This document shows positions 1 to 9,687 of a stretch of DNA of 64,000 nucleotides, piece by piece. Source of the DNA: Acidimicrobiia bacterium (GTDB taxonomy: Bacteria > Actinomycetota > Acidimicrobiia > Spongiisociales > ZC4RG35); NCBI GenBank assembly GCA_965216445.1, contig OZ244166.1, positions 1,175,515 through 1,239,514 on the forward strand, written 5' to 3'. The position numbers and the translations under genes were made by a program. A model generated the notes under the pieces. The model ran no database searches. It was not told the DNA's origin and saw only the letters and a program-made list of their open reading frames with translations. The number at the start of each line of letters is the position of its first letter. Position 1 is the first letter of the stretch.

Positions 1-195
1 TCACAGGTAGCCGCCGGTGTCCTCGCAATCCTCTTGGGAAGCTTCGGAATCCACAAGTTCTACCTCGACGACGCCGGGAAAGGGATCATCTATCTGATCT
101 TCTTCTGGACAGGTATCCCAGGTTTGATCGGACTGATTGAAGGGATTCTCTATCTGACGATGAGCGAAGCCGAATTCACCCGCAAGTACGGCTAA
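1..195 (+). CDS. TM2 domain-containing membrane protein, 3' fragment (5' end outside window)
   Basis: Frame 1 is open from base 1 and reads ...GVLAILLGSFGIHKFYLDDAGKGIIYLIFFWTGIPGLIGLIEGILYLTMSEAEFTRKYG*, a TM2-domain-like pair of hydrophobic helices. Stop TAA at 193-195. The minus-strand ORF 1..246 in the track looks spurious. Confidence 0.5.
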   Translation, partial: SQVAAGVLAILLGSFGIHKFYLDDAGKGIIYLIFFWTGIPGLIGLIEGILYLTMSEAEFTRKYG

Positions 196-229
196 TAGCG
201 CAAAAGAGACCTTGCCGTAGGATGACCAC

Positions 230-1252
230 ATGAACGAACCGGTCATTGACGTAACCGAACTTGGCTTCCCGTGGCAAGGCCTCGATCCCTTCCTGATGAC
301 CGTGCATCATCTCGATCACTATCCGGCGGGAAACGACGTGATGGGGCCGGCGGTCTCACTTCACGGCCGCCAGATCGGCTCCGATTTTTCGTATCGAGAC
401 GGTTGGAGCATGTATCACGGTGACGTCGTACCCGGATTCCCCCAACATCCACATCGCGGTTTTGAGACTGTCACTGTTGTTCGCCAAGGGTATGTAGACC
501 ACTCCGACTCTCTCGGGGCGACCGGTCGCTACGGAGGCGGAGACGTGCAGTGGCTAACCACTGGTGGGGGAGTCATGCATGCCGAGATGTTCCCATTGCT
601 GAATTCCGAAGCAGGCAACACCCTTGAACTATTCCAGATATGGCTGAACCTGCCACCGGAGTCGAAGATGGTCCCAGCGCATTTCGCCATGCTCTGGGGA
701 GAGGACATACCAACTCTCCGTCCTGCGACAGGGGTGAGCCTCGATTTGATCGCTGGTCGCTTGGGCGAATGGGTCCCGCCTCAACCTCCACCCAACTCTT
801 GGGCGTCAAACCCGGATTCGCATTTGGGGATCTGGTTGATTCGGGTTGACTCTGGAGCGTCTTGGGAGCTACCCGCCGACGCCGCCGGTCTCAATCGGAT
901 GCTGCACGTGTTCATGGGTGACGACCTGGAGGTTGCCGGTCATCGGGTGAGCTCTTCTACCGGCGTTCAGGTCCACTCTGACCTCGGTGTGCCGATCCAC
1001 AACCACGGTGCGCCCGCAGAGATTCTGTTGCTTCAGGGCCGACCCATAGGAGCACCTGTTTTCCAGATGGGGCCCTTTGTGATGAACACTCCGGAGCAAC
1101 TTCGCCAGGCTGTCCAGGACTATCACCGGACCCAATTCGGCGGGTGGAAATGGGACGGACCAAGTCCGGTACATCCTCGGGAGCAAGGTCGGTTTGCCCG
1201 GCATGCCGACGGACGAATTGAACAACGTGACATGCCGGTAGGGATCGTGTGA
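230..1252 (+). CDS. pirin family protein (bicupin)
   Basis: HPHRGFETVTVV motif and bicupin length (340 aa) typical of pirin/quercetin-2,3-dioxygenase-like proteins. Confidence 0.85.
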   Translation: MNEPVIDVTELGFPWQGLDPFLMTVHHLDHYPAGNDVMGPAVSLHGRQIGSDFSYRDGWSMYHGDVVPGFPQHPHRGFETVTVVRQGYVDHSDSLGATGRYGGGDVQWLTTGGGVMHAEMFPLLNSEAGNTLELFQIWLNLPPESKMVPAHFAMLWGEDIPTLRPATGVSLDLIAGRLGEWVPPQPPPNSWASNPDSHLGIWLIRVDSGASWELPADAAGLNRMLHVFMGDDLEVAGHRVSSSTGVQVHSDLGVPIHNHGAPAEILLLQGRPIGAPVFQMGPFVMNTPEQLRQAVQDYHRTQFGGWKWDGPSPVHPREQGRFARHADGRIEQRDMPVGIV

Positions 1253-1293
1253 CCAAACCCAGCCCAGATCCGACCTATCACTAGGCTGGCGGC

Positions 1294-2466
1294 GTGCCCG
1301 ACGCATCTGACGACCTGAAGACACTGCTCGGTCCCGATCGCCGACACATCAAACCACCCGGTTGGCAAGCCTCATCTGTCTGGGCAATCGTCCTGTTTGT
1401 GGTCATCGGCATCCTCGTTCTGGCGCCGCGGCAGATTCCAGACGTCGACCTGGCCGCATTGGGATTCGCCGACAATGCCATACCAGCCACCGTTGCGAGC
1501 TCGACCAGTGGTGCATGCTCCTACTCGGCAGAGCTCGAATGCATTCAGGTGGAGTTCGACCTTGGAGACGAGTCCGTACCTTTCACCCAAGAGTTCGCAA
1601 CCGATGTCAGTCACCCTGATTTGGCCGCCGGAGACAACGTCTTCGTCTACGAGAACGAGTTTGAAGACGGCACTGTCTCATATCAGTACGCCGACAGGGA
1701 TCGTCGCGTTCTCCTGCTTGTCGTAACGGCGGTCTTTGCAATCGCCGTGATCGCTCTGGCGAGGGTGCGGGGGCTCTATGCGCTGTTCGGCTTGTTTGCG
1801 AGCGTGGTGGTTCTCGTCCTGTTCATCGTGCCGGCGATCATCGCCGGACGGGATGCGGTGTTAGTTGCCTTGGTTGGGGGTGGGGCGATAGCCCTGATTT
1901 CTTTATATGTGACCCACGGGCCCAATCCATTGACGCACATTGCTGCGATAGGCGCCTTCGGGTCGTTGGCTTTGACGGTGGGACTCTCGTACCTGGTGCT
2001 GCTGTTCGCCGATTTCACAGGCTTTGCCTCCGAGGAAGCATTCTATCTGTCAGTGGTGCCTGGTCTCGACTTGAGCGGATTGCTGTTGGCCGGGATCGTG
2101 TTGGGAACAATTGGGGCGCTTGACGATGTGACCGTCACACAAGCCTCGACCGTATGGGAGGTCAGCAAGGCCAATCCGTCCCTCGGCCAAGGTGAGATCT
2201 TTGCGGCCGGCATTCGTGTTGGTCGCGATCACATCGCCTCAACCGTGAACACTCTGTTACTGGCCTATGCGGGTGCAGCGATGCCACTCCTGATTCTGTT
2301 CAGCCTCTCCGGACTCAGCTTCGGGTTTGTGGTCAGCTCTGAAGTCGTAGCAATCGAGATCGTGAGGACTTTGGTCGGCTCTATGGGCCTTGTCGCGGCT
2401 GTCCCCTTGACGACGTTCCTGGCGGCGCGGACGGCGTCGTCGGGGATAAAGCTGGCGGGCACCTAG
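1294..2466 (+). CDS. YibE/F family membrane protein
   Basis: Polytopic membrane protein with the conserved GALDDVTVTQAS segment characteristic of YibE/F. Confidence 0.65.
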   Translation: MPDASDDLKTLLGPDRRHIKPPGWQASSVWAIVLFVVIGILVLAPRQIPDVDLAALGFADNAIPATVASSTSGACSYSAELECIQVEFDLGDESVPFTQEFATDVSHPDLAAGDNVFVYENEFEDGTVSYQYADRDRRVLLLVVTAVFAIAVIALARVRGLYALFGLFASVVVLVLFIVPAIIAGRDAVLVALVGGGAIALISLYVTHGPNPLTHIAAIGAFGSLALTVGLSYLVLLFADFTGFASEEAFYLSVVPGLDLSGLLLAGIVLGTIGALDDVTVTQASTVWEVSKANPSLGQGEIFAAGIRVGRDHIASTVNTLLLAYAGAAMPLLILFSLSGLSFGFVVSSEVVAIEIVRTLVGSMGLVAAVPLTTFLAARTASSGIKLAGT

Positions 2467-3503
2467 CGGAGTAGGAATCCCGGGTTGAGGGGATCGGCTG
2501 GATCGATCCAAAAGGTCGAACGGCCCGTTATGTGGGCGGACCCTGAGATTTGGGGAACCACAGCTTCGACGCCGGCGAATACAACGTCTTCGACGGCGCT
2601 TCCCACAAAACGGCTGCCGACGATGCTTTCGACGGCGATCTCATCGCCCAAGTCAAAACTGCCTCTGGCCCTTCCGAGGGCCACGTGCCCCGAAACTCCA
2701 GTGCCGGTCGGCGACCGATCAATCTCGCCGTCGGCAAACACACAGACGTTTCGGTACGTATTGGCTGAGTCCACTGGCGGTCCGTAGATAACAACCCCAT
2801 ACAAGAAACCGAGGTCGGGCTCGACCGGATGGGTCAAGGGATGCGAGTCGGATATCGCCGCTTTCAACTGCCGACCGAGATCGACAAGAGGGCCACCCTG
2901 CTCGGGCGGCCAATTCAATCCCAAGTTCTCAGCCTTGATGTACGCGTAATAGGCGCCCCCGAAGGCGATGTCGTAAGCAACTGCTCCGATGCCCGGAACG
3001 TCGATCCGATTGTCGAGACTCTCAACGAACGACGGCACATTGCGGAATGAGATCTCTTCGACTGTGTCTCCGTCGACCCTGGCCATAGCGGTGACCTGTC
3101 CGGCAGGGGTGTCAATGCGCATTGTTGTCACCGGGCTCACGCGAGGGATCATCTCAGTCACCAGCGCCACCTGCGTCAGTGCGATTATTCCGTGCCCGCA
3201 CATCGTTGAGAACCCATCGTTGTGCAGAAAGAGCACGCCCAGATCTGAGTCGTCTGCCACAGCCGGTGTCAGCCACGCGCCGTACATGTCGGCATGGCCC
3301 CGAGGCTCCCACATCAATGACTTTCTGAGGTCGTCGAGGTTGGCTTGGGCAAAGCTGCGTTTTTCGAGGATGGTCTCGCCTGGAATCTCAGGAAGGCCAC
3401 CAGTCACAATTCGGAATGGTTCCCCGCCAGTATGCGATTCGATCGTCTCGATCTTCACCCAGTCATCCGGCGGTTGCCACGATCGAGCCCGTGCGATGTG
3501 CAT
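2463..3503 (-). CDS. proline racemase family enzyme, predicted trans-3-hydroxy-L-proline dehydratase (Cys/Thr type)
   Basis: SHTGGEP N-terminal motif and MCGHG (catalytic Cys) but SPTGTG (Thr replaces the second catalytic Cys), the pattern of T3LHyp dehydratases. The ORF track extends to 3743, but the first ATG giving a sensible N-terminus (MHIARARS...IETIESHTGGEP) is at 3503. The longer form would overlap nif3. Confidence 0.65.
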   Translation of the reverse strand: MHIARARSWQPPDDWVKIETIESHTGGEPFRIVTGGLPEIPGETILEKRSFAQANLDDLRKSLMWEPRGHADMYGAWLTPAVADDSDLGVLFLHNDGFSTMCGHGIIALTQVALVTEMIPRVSPVTTMRIDTPAGQVTAMARVDGDTVEEISFRNVPSFVESLDNRIDVPGIGAVAYDIAFGGAYYAYIKAENLGLNWPPEQGGPLVDLGRQLKAAISDSHPLTHPVEPDLGFLYGVVIYGPPVDSANTYRNVCVFADGEIDRSPTGTGVSGHVALGRARGSFDLGDEIAVESIVGSRFVGSAVEDVVFAGVEAVVPQISGSAHITGRSTFWIDPADPLNPGFLLR

Positions 3504-3545
3504 AGCTGAAGAGTATCTTCGCAAATCGCGATTACTCTGCCTGAG

Positions 3546-4364
3546 GTGCCAACAGTCAAAGAAATCAGCCAGCACCTGGCAGAGCGAACCCGTCCTGAAA
3601 CCGCCGCCGACTGGGACCCTGTTGGTCTTCAGCTCGGTGACAACGAGGCGAGAGTCGCGTCTGTCGGGGTGTGTCATGAGGTCACCGAGGAGGTCGTGAG
3701 GCGTCTGTCGGACACGCCGGTCGACCTCCTGATCACCTACCACCCACTCTTATTCGATCCGATCAATCGGCTGGTCGCGGGGTCGTCTCCCGCCTCACGC
3801 GCCTTGCGTCTGATTCAGAACGGAACGGCCGTTCTCGTAACCCACACGGACTTTGACGCCGCTCCCGGCGGAACAGCTGATGCCCTCGCGAACCTGTTCA
3901 GCCTCCGTGACATCGAGGCGTTTGGCGGTGACCCCGAATCCGGGATTCCGCACATTGGGAGAGTCGGGGACTTCGGGCGCAACCTCGGCACTCTTGACGC
4001 CATCGCCACAGATGCCTTTGGTGTCGCTGGCCTGAGAGTTTCTGGAGATCGGGAAGGCGTTCTTGCCAAAGTTGCGGTCATTCCCGGTTCCGGATCATCG
4101 TTTATCGATGCTGCAGCTGCAGTTGCCGACGCACTGGTCACAGGCGACGTGTCGCACCACAACGCCGTTCGCGCCCTAGATCTGGGTTTGGCGATCGTCG
4201 ACCCCGGACACGTGGCTACAGAACGGCCCGGAATGGTGGCTCTGGTGGCGCTGGCGGCTTCAATTCCAGATGTGGAACTGCTTGACCTGACCGATATCGA
4301 TCCTGAGACCTGGGGGACAGGGTATCTCGGTGCAGAGCGTCGCGACACCCTGCCAGTTTCCTGA
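3546..4364 (+). CDS. Nif3-like dinuclear metal centre protein
   Basis: DWDPVGLQLGD N-terminal motif and length (272 aa) typical of the NIF3/YqfO/YbgI family. Confidence 0.85.
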   Translation: MPTVKEISQHLAERTRPETAADWDPVGLQLGDNEARVASVGVCHEVTEEVVRRLSDTPVDLLITYHPLLFDPINRLVAGSSPASRALRLIQNGTAVLVTHTDFDAAPGGTADALANLFSLRDIEAFGGDPESGIPHIGRVGDFGRNLGTLDAIATDAFGVAGLRVSGDREGVLAKVAVIPGSGSSFIDAAAAVADALVTGDVSHHNAVRALDLGLAIVDPGHVATERPGMVALVALAASIPDVELLDLTDIDPETWGTGYLGAERRDTLPVS

Positions 4365-4408
4365 TCAGGATCTGGTACCGGGCTGGCAACCACTAGCCTG
4401 CCACCTGC

Positions 4409-5116
4409 ATGGAAATTCCGAGCCTCGCCGACCTCCTCGACGTACAAGCGCTGGATCTTCAGATCGATCGTTTACTCGAGAACCGCCAAAATCTCCCGGA
4501 GCTGAGTCGGTACAAAGCCGTCCACGAGGCGATGGAGGCAACCCAAGGCGAACTCGATACGGCTTCCTCGTCGCTCAGGGAGCTCGAACTCGACTTCGAC
4601 AAATCTGAGGGCGAGCTCGAGATGCTCGAGTCGAAGCTCAACGAACATGAGACACGTCTGTTTGCGGGTGCAATGAGTGCCCGCGAAACCGAGCACATGC
4701 GCCTGGAAGTCGAAAGTCTCAAAGGCCAACGGGACGCTATGGAGGAGAGGGTCCTGAAACTCCTGGACACAGTGGACCCGGCCCGGGCTGCTGTGAAATC
4801 CCTCCAAGAGCAGCTGGAGGCCATGTCTGCAGAGAAAGACGATCTCGAAGGCAAGATCAAGGCCGAATGGAAGAAGATTGACGCCGAGCTGGCACGCAAG
4901 GAAGAGCGCAAGGCGGAGGCTATCGCTCCGGTGCCTCCCGATCTATTGGAGCTGTACGAGAAGCTTCGCGTGACAAAAGAAGGTGTTGCAGTTGGGAAGT
5001 TCGAAGAGGGTGTCTGCGGCGGTTGCCACATGGCTCTCTCACCCGCCGAACGAGACGAAGCAATGAGTCACGACCTGCCACGTTGCGTCCACTGCCGCCG
5101 GATACTCGTGGCGTAA
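4409..5116 (+). CDS. zinc-ribbon domain protein (COG1579/DUF164 family)
   Basis: Long coiled-coil followed by C-terminal CGGCHMALSP...CVHCRR zinc ribbon. Classic partner gene downstream of nif3. Confidence 0.8.
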   Translation: MEIPSLADLLDVQALDLQIDRLLENRQNLPELSRYKAVHEAMEATQGELDTASSSLRELELDFDKSEGELEMLESKLNEHETRLFAGAMSARETEHMRLEVESLKGQRDAMEERVLKLLDTVDPARAAVKSLQEQLEAMSAEKDDLEGKIKAEWKKIDAELARKEERKAEAIAPVPPDLLELYEKLRVTKEGVAVGKFEEGVCGGCHMALSPAERDEAMSHDLPRCVHCRRILVA

Positions 5117-5119
5117 GGG

Positions 5120-5659
5120 ATGCTGTTTTGGCGTCTCGGTGCGACGCTGTGGCTGTTTCGTTGGATCTTTCGAGATCCCAAGGTCGATGTTCGGTTTCTC
5201 TTCCTGGGCGTACTCGTACCCGACCTGATCGATATTCCGATTGGCACAATCTTTCTCGCCGACCGGTATTCGACCGGCGAACTGTGGGCCCACTCGTTGC
5301 TTGCGCCTACGTTGTACATGACCATCGTCCTGTTGGCCACACGTCGGGGACGGCGCCGTCGGGCGTTCATGGCGGTTGGAGTTGCCTGGCTCTTCCATCT
5401 TCTCCTGGACGGGATGTGGACCGACCCAGAAGTCTTTCTCTGGCCGTTCTTCGGGGAGATTCCGGCCGGGCCCGCCCCGTACTGGCCGCTCGCGTGGGAA
5501 CGTGCTTTGTCCGACCCATGGCGATGGGTGCTCGAAGGGGTCGGAATCATGTACCTGGTCTGGCTGTGGTTCGCCCTTGGGCTGAACATCCGAAGCCGGA
5601 GAGCGGGAACGATGTCTAGCGGGAGACTTCCCGGATACGTGAGTGAAGATGTTGGGTAG
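5120..5659 (+). CDS. membrane-bound metal-dependent hydrolase-like protein (DUF457/YdjM-like)
   Basis: Small polytopic membrane protein with His-containing motifs (HSLLAP, FHLLLDG). Family assignment is tentative. Confidence 0.35.
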   Translation: MLFWRLGATLWLFRWIFRDPKVDVRFLFLGVLVPDLIDIPIGTIFLADRYSTGELWAHSLLAPTLYMTIVLLATRRGRRRRAFMAVGVAWLFHLLLDGMWTDPEVFLWPFFGEIPAGPAPYWPLAWERALSDPWRWVLEGVGIMYLVWLWFALGLNIRSRRAGTMSSGRLPGYVSEDVG

Positions 5660-6317
5660 AGCCCTATTGGTATTGGCCGTGGTCTTCGCCATTGGCGCCT
5701 GCTCGGGTGGCGGTGATGGATCGGACGAGAATCCCTCGGCAGGTCCGGGTGCATCCAGCGCAGAGGCAGCGGTGTCAGACCTGTTGGTGTTTTTGACTGA
5801 GGGTGACTTCAACGGCGCGGTTTCGCTGGCCATACCGGGCCAGGCTGCGCTTGCTTCGCTGGCTGAAGGGGCTTCGGACGAAGAGGTCGCCTCGTCGCTA
5901 CGGGACAACGACGGTTTGATCGCTGCCAACTTCTGGTCGGGTTTTGCGCAGAGTGTCGCCGACTTCCTGGCACCTGGAGTCGATGTTGTCGGTTCCGACT
6001 CGAGCACCGTCGAGGGTGTCGCCTTCGAGGTGGTTGACGTGATGACAGCAGGCGGAGTGACCCGTCAGCTGACCACTCGAGATGTCGATGGCTACCGAAT
6101 CGACATCTTCGCCACATTCGGACCGGGCCTTGCGAGTCGCCTCTATCCCCAGGTTGAACGGTTGCAGTCGTCGCCAACCGAAGACGCTGAACTCATATTG
6201 GCCGGCCTGCGCGACCAGGTCCCATCGCTGGCTATGGCGGCACAAACCCCAGATCTGGCGCCGAATGTTGTCCAGGACATCATCCAGCTGATCGAGTTGA
6301 TAACCCGCGTCAGCTAG
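5643..6317 (+). CDS. hypothetical lipoprotein
   Basis: Signal peptide with lipobox (LAVVFAIGAC) followed by a Gly/Ser-rich linker. Confidence 0.5.
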   Translation: MKMLGRALLVLAVVFAIGACSGGGDGSDENPSAGPGASSAEAAVSDLLVFLTEGDFNGAVSLAIPGQAALASLAEGASDEEVASSLRDNDGLIAANFWSGFAQSVADFLAPGVDVVGSDSSTVEGVAFEVVDVMTAGGVTRQLTTRDVDGYRIDIFATFGPGLASRLYPQVERLQSSPTEDAELILAGLRDQVPSLAMAAQTPDLAPNVVQDIIQLIELITRVS

Positions 6318-6328
6318 GCGACAAGCTG

Positions 6329-8008
6329 CTACTGGTAGCTCACAAAAACGGGCACCGGATCTTTGCCCATGGTGTGTTCGGGGCTCGGGGTGGGGGAGTC
6401 CTCGTCGAAGAAATTCTTCCATCCCCACTCCCAGTGGTCGTCCTCGGTCCCTTGAGTAAGGAAGGCGTAGGTGGTGTCCTTGGTGTCGATGGGGCCCTGT
6501 CCATCCATCTGAATGACCATCTGGAGCTCGGGACGCTCCTTGAGGGTGGATCTGTTCTCGATCATGAAATCCCGAAACTGGTGAACAATCAGCATCTTCT
6601 GGGGCAATCCGTTGTCACGCACCAGGTCAGCGAGCCAGTCGACCACGAGATTCACCTCTGACGCATCCACCCGGCCGATCTGGCGCAGGTGGAACTCATC
6701 GGGTCCGAGCCTCCATTCCGGGTCGAGAGCCAGCCCCACGTTGGGAAGTAGGAGGAGCTCCTCGTACTGCATCGCCTGGGAGAGGAAGTCCTCACGGCCC
6801 GGTTGGAGGTCGAGGATTACGTAGCCCCCCTGCTCGGTCGCCACATCGATCCACTCGGTGAACGTGGATACCGGCCATTCGAAGCTGTAATCACCGTCAT
6901 CTGTCGCGTCGGCAGCGGCGACGGTTGCCATGACTTCGAACGTAGGAATTGCCTGGTACCCATCGGCTTCGTAGGCAGTGAGGAAAGGTTCCATACGATC
7001 CAGTGTCTCCTGTGGCCCTTGTTCGCCCAGTACACCCAGAGCTGAGGTCGTCGGATGCCCGTAAAAGGCGACATATCGTTTTGGCTGGTCGTCGCCGAGT
7101 ATGGAAAAGCCGCCTCCTGGCAGCTGGTTGCCGTTGAGCAGCACGGCAAGTTCCCATTCGCTTTGGTCTGGTGTTGAGCCAACAAAACGGAGTTCTTCGC
7201 TGCTGCGACCGCTCAGAGCGGTACCCACCTCCGGGTACCCCAAGATATCGGCTGAATCCACGGCTATGGCCTGAGCGTCGACCGCGTGCCCGGTGGCAGC
7301 CGCCACCAAGATCGTCACCGGGTCGAGAGCATCAACAAGCCAGACGAAGTCGGCTTCGGACGAGGTTGCGAGGCCCGACACAATCTCACTTGGAGCCAAC
7401 AGCGGGTCGGCCGGCGGTTCGGATCCCGGAGGTGCAGTCTGGGGAAGAACCACTCGACTCCCCGATGTGATGGCACGCACCGTTTCGACGATGGTGGAGG
7501 CGTCAGGCGTTGCCGGGAGTCTGATTTCCTCAACCGTGCCCAGTGCCAAGGCTGCCGCGGCGACAGCTTGGGCGACGTCATATCGCGTGACATCGGATTC
7601 GGGGGGCAGGGTCACCTCGAGATCACCGACGATTCGTACATGCAGCGGCTTCAGTCGACCTATCTCGGCCGCAAGCTGAGCGTGGGGGAGGAGGAGGGGC
7701 CCGCGCAGGGCTGCTGCAAGCTGCGCTCCGGCTGCTAGCTCGTTGATGTCTCCGGGGGAGGCGACCACCACCTCGTCTGCACATACGAACGACTCGCCGC
7801 TGAGGAACAATGCGTCCGTCTCGGGGGCTCCTGTTGCAACCGAGTTGGTGCTCCCGGTGAATTGAACACAGTCTCTAGTCGGAGGATCCGTCGATGTCGG
7901 CGCCGTCGAGGTCCCGCCGGTTCCGCCCGCGGTTGTGTTGACCGGGTCAGCAGGTTGGCAAGCCGTCAGGATCGTGGCCAAGACGAATAGGCGCGCGAGA
8001 TTTCTCAT
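6329..8008 (-). CDS. large hypothetical lipoprotein (559 aa) with acidic C-terminal domain
   Basis: Signal peptide plus lipobox (LATILTAC) and a Thr/Gly-rich linker. C-terminal about 250 aa are rich in Asp/Glu/Trp and may be a glycoside-hydrolase-like domain. No family recognised with confidence. Confidence 0.5.
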   Translation of the reverse strand: MRNLARLFVLATILTACQPADPVNTTAGGTGGTSTAPTSTDPPTRDCVQFTGSTNSVATGAPETDALFLSGESFVCADEVVVASPGDINELAAGAQLAAALRGPLLLPHAQLAAEIGRLKPLHVRIVGDLEVTLPPESDVTRYDVAQAVAAAALALGTVEEIRLPATPDASTIVETVRAITSGSRVVLPQTAPPGSEPPADPLLAPSEIVSGLATSSEADFVWLVDALDPVTILVAAATGHAVDAQAIAVDSADILGYPEVGTALSGRSSEELRFVGSTPDQSEWELAVLLNGNQLPGGGFSILGDDQPKRYVAFYGHPTTSALGVLGEQGPQETLDRMEPFLTAYEADGYQAIPTFEVMATVAAADATDDGDYSFEWPVSTFTEWIDVATEQGGYVILDLQPGREDFLSQAMQYEELLLLPNVGLALDPEWRLGPDEFHLRQIGRVDASEVNLVVDWLADLVRDNGLPQKMLIVHQFRDFMIENRSTLKERPELQMVIQMDGQGPIDTKDTTYAFLTQGTEDDHWEWGWKNFFDEDSPTPSPEHTMGKDPVPVFVSYQ

Positions 8009-8071
8009 GGTTTTCAGGGTGGACCAGAGAATAATCCCTCACAGGGAAGAATTCGGGGCTATCGGGGTGGA

Positions 8072-8755
8072 TCAGAACAGCGTTTCGGGCTCGGAAGGGT
8101 CCCGCAGTTCGCTGTCGTTGTTTTTCACCGAGTTGACCCGTCGTGAGACTGGGTGTTCCATCAGAAGGTCAGAGTCGATCGGTTGCAGCAAGCCGAGTGC
8201 TGTTTCGGGGTCGGTGAGCTCGCGATCCAGCCAGGCATCCCATGTTTCGTTCTTGAGGATCACCGGCATGCGATGGTGGATGTCTGTGATTGGACCGGAT
8301 GCTTCGGTCGTCAAGATGGAACACGTTCGCTCCCATTCTTGAGTCTCTTCGTTCATCCGTGCCGCCCAAATCCCGGCGAAGACCATCGGATGTCCGTCCG
8401 CCCTGTAGATCCAGTGAGGTGTTCGACCGGACTCGGCCGGCTCCCACTCGTAAAAGCCGTCCGATGGGATCAAACACCGTTTTCTGGCGAAGGAATCCCG
8501 GAACATTGGTGCGGTGGCAACGGTTTCCGATCGCGCGTTGATTTGTATTTGGCGCGTGTCCTTCGCCCAGTGCGGCACCAGCCCCCATTTCATCGATCCC
8601 AGAGCACGGGTGTCGTTGTGTTCTGCCACCACGTAGATTCGGTCGGTTGGCGCGACATTCCAACTGGCTTCGATGGCGTTTGTCTCGACATCGTCCACGC
8701 CGAAGTACTCGGCGTAGAAGTCGAGATCGCCTGTGATCGAAAACCTGCCGCACAT
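8072..8755 (-). CDS. SOS response-associated peptidase (SRAP/YedK/HMCES family), abasic-site processing protein
   Basis: Canonical N-terminus MCGRF (catalytic Cys2). WNVAPT, GLVPHWAKD and FYEWE motifs present. Confidence 0.9.
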   Translation of the reverse strand: MCGRFSITGDLDFYAEYFGVDDVETNAIEASWNVAPTDRIYVVAEHNDTRALGSMKWGLVPHWAKDTRQIQINARSETVATAPMFRDSFARKRCLIPSDGFYEWEPAESGRTPHWIYRADGHPMVFAGIWAARMNEETQEWERTCSILTTEASGPITDIHHRMPVILKNETWDAWLDRELTDPETALGLLQPIDSDLLMEHPVSRRVNSVKNNDSELRDPSEPETLF

Positions 8756-8758
8756 TCT

Positions 8759-9181
8759 TCAGGAAGCGGGTTGATTTCGGAGGTGGAGGGCCGATTCACG
8801 GAACTTCTCTGTCAAAAACCGCTGCAGCTGTTCGGGTAGGTCGACAGCCGTCATCGCCTCGTCCATGCACCTCATCCACTCTTCGGCCTCGACGTCGCCG
8901 ATGGAAAACGGAAGGTGTCGCATCCTCAGCCGGGGGTGACCCCGCTTTGAGATGTACAGCGGTGGGCCACCCAGCCAGCCCACAAGGAATTCGTAGAGCT
9001 TGGTTCGCGACGTGGAGGTGTTGGCTGGCAGCATTTCTCGAAGTCGGGGCGAATCGGCCTCAACAATGTCGTAGAACCGGTCGGTCAGCTCTCGCACCTG
9101 GCTTGCTCCGCCGATCTCCCCAAAAGGGGTGTCGGCATCCCCCCAGGGGTGTCTGGTCTCGAACGCAGGTGATGGCTTCAT
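8759..9181 (-). CDS. glbO: group II truncated haemoglobin (trHbO)
   Basis: 140 aa. YISKRGHPRLRMRHLPFSIG matches the trHb proximal region. 4 nt upstream of the SRAP gene on the same strand. Confidence 0.8.
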   Translation of the reverse strand: MKPSPAFETRHPWGDADTPFGEIGGASQVRELTDRFYDIVEADSPRLREMLPANTSTSRTKLYEFLVGWLGGPPLYISKRGHPRLRMRHLPFSIGDVEAEEWMRCMDEAMTAVDLPEQLQRFLTEKFRESALHLRNQPAS

Positions 9182-9270
9182 CAGCCCTGATTATCTCAAC
9201 TATCTCGCTCATTGCGAAGTGGCCGCTCTGGTGGAGGGCACGACTATCTTGACGCTGTGAGACATGTTTC

Positions 9271-9663
9271 GTGGGTCGTGGCCAGATGCTTGCCGCGCTG
9301 AGCATCCCAGCGGTTATTGCTGGTGTCGCATCGAGCGGTCTTGCCGCCACGATCGTGGGCCTGGCGGTCGGCGGTGTTTTGTCTGTGGTTGGGGTCGGAA
9401 ACGGCGCCAACATTGGTTTGATATTGGGCGTCGTGAGTGGCCTTTTTGCCGGTGGTTGGGTGGCGGGACGGCTGGCTATCCACTCAGAACGGTTTCACGG
9501 GGCAATCTCGGGGCTCCTCTTCGGAGGCATCTTGATCCTGTTGGCAAGCCTCTCGTCTACATCCGCATCGATATTCAACGTTCTTGTTCTGGCGCTGGTC
9601 TCGATCCTGTTCGGGGGATTTGGCGGCGTTGTGGGTGGTCGTCGGTCTCCGGCCGAGACGTAG
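9271..9663 (+). CDS. small Gly/Ala-rich membrane protein, hypothetical
   Basis: Four predicted TM helices rich in G/A/L. The alternative frame 9264..9677 is Arg/Cys/Trp-rich and looks non-coding. An internal ATG at 9286 could be the real start. Confidence 0.35.
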   Translation: MGRGQMLAALSIPAVIAGVASSGLAATIVGLAVGGVLSVVGVGNGANIGLILGVVSGLFAGGWVAGRLAIHSERFHGAISGLLFGGILILLASLSSTSASIFNVLVLALVSILFGGFGGVVGGRRSPAET

Positions 9664-9687
9664 CTCGACGCTACTAAAATGCTGTTG

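Noticed and set aside
1-246. 81-aa minus-strand ORF at the window edge
   Set aside because: The + strand frame gives a clean TM2-domain C-terminus with a stop at 193-195. The minus ORF is acidic and non-homologous.
5039-6007. 322-aa minus-strand ORF rich in Ser/Pro/Arg
   Set aside because: Antisense to two well-supported + strand genes (membrane hydrolase, lipoprotein). This is a typical open antisense frame in high-GC DNA.
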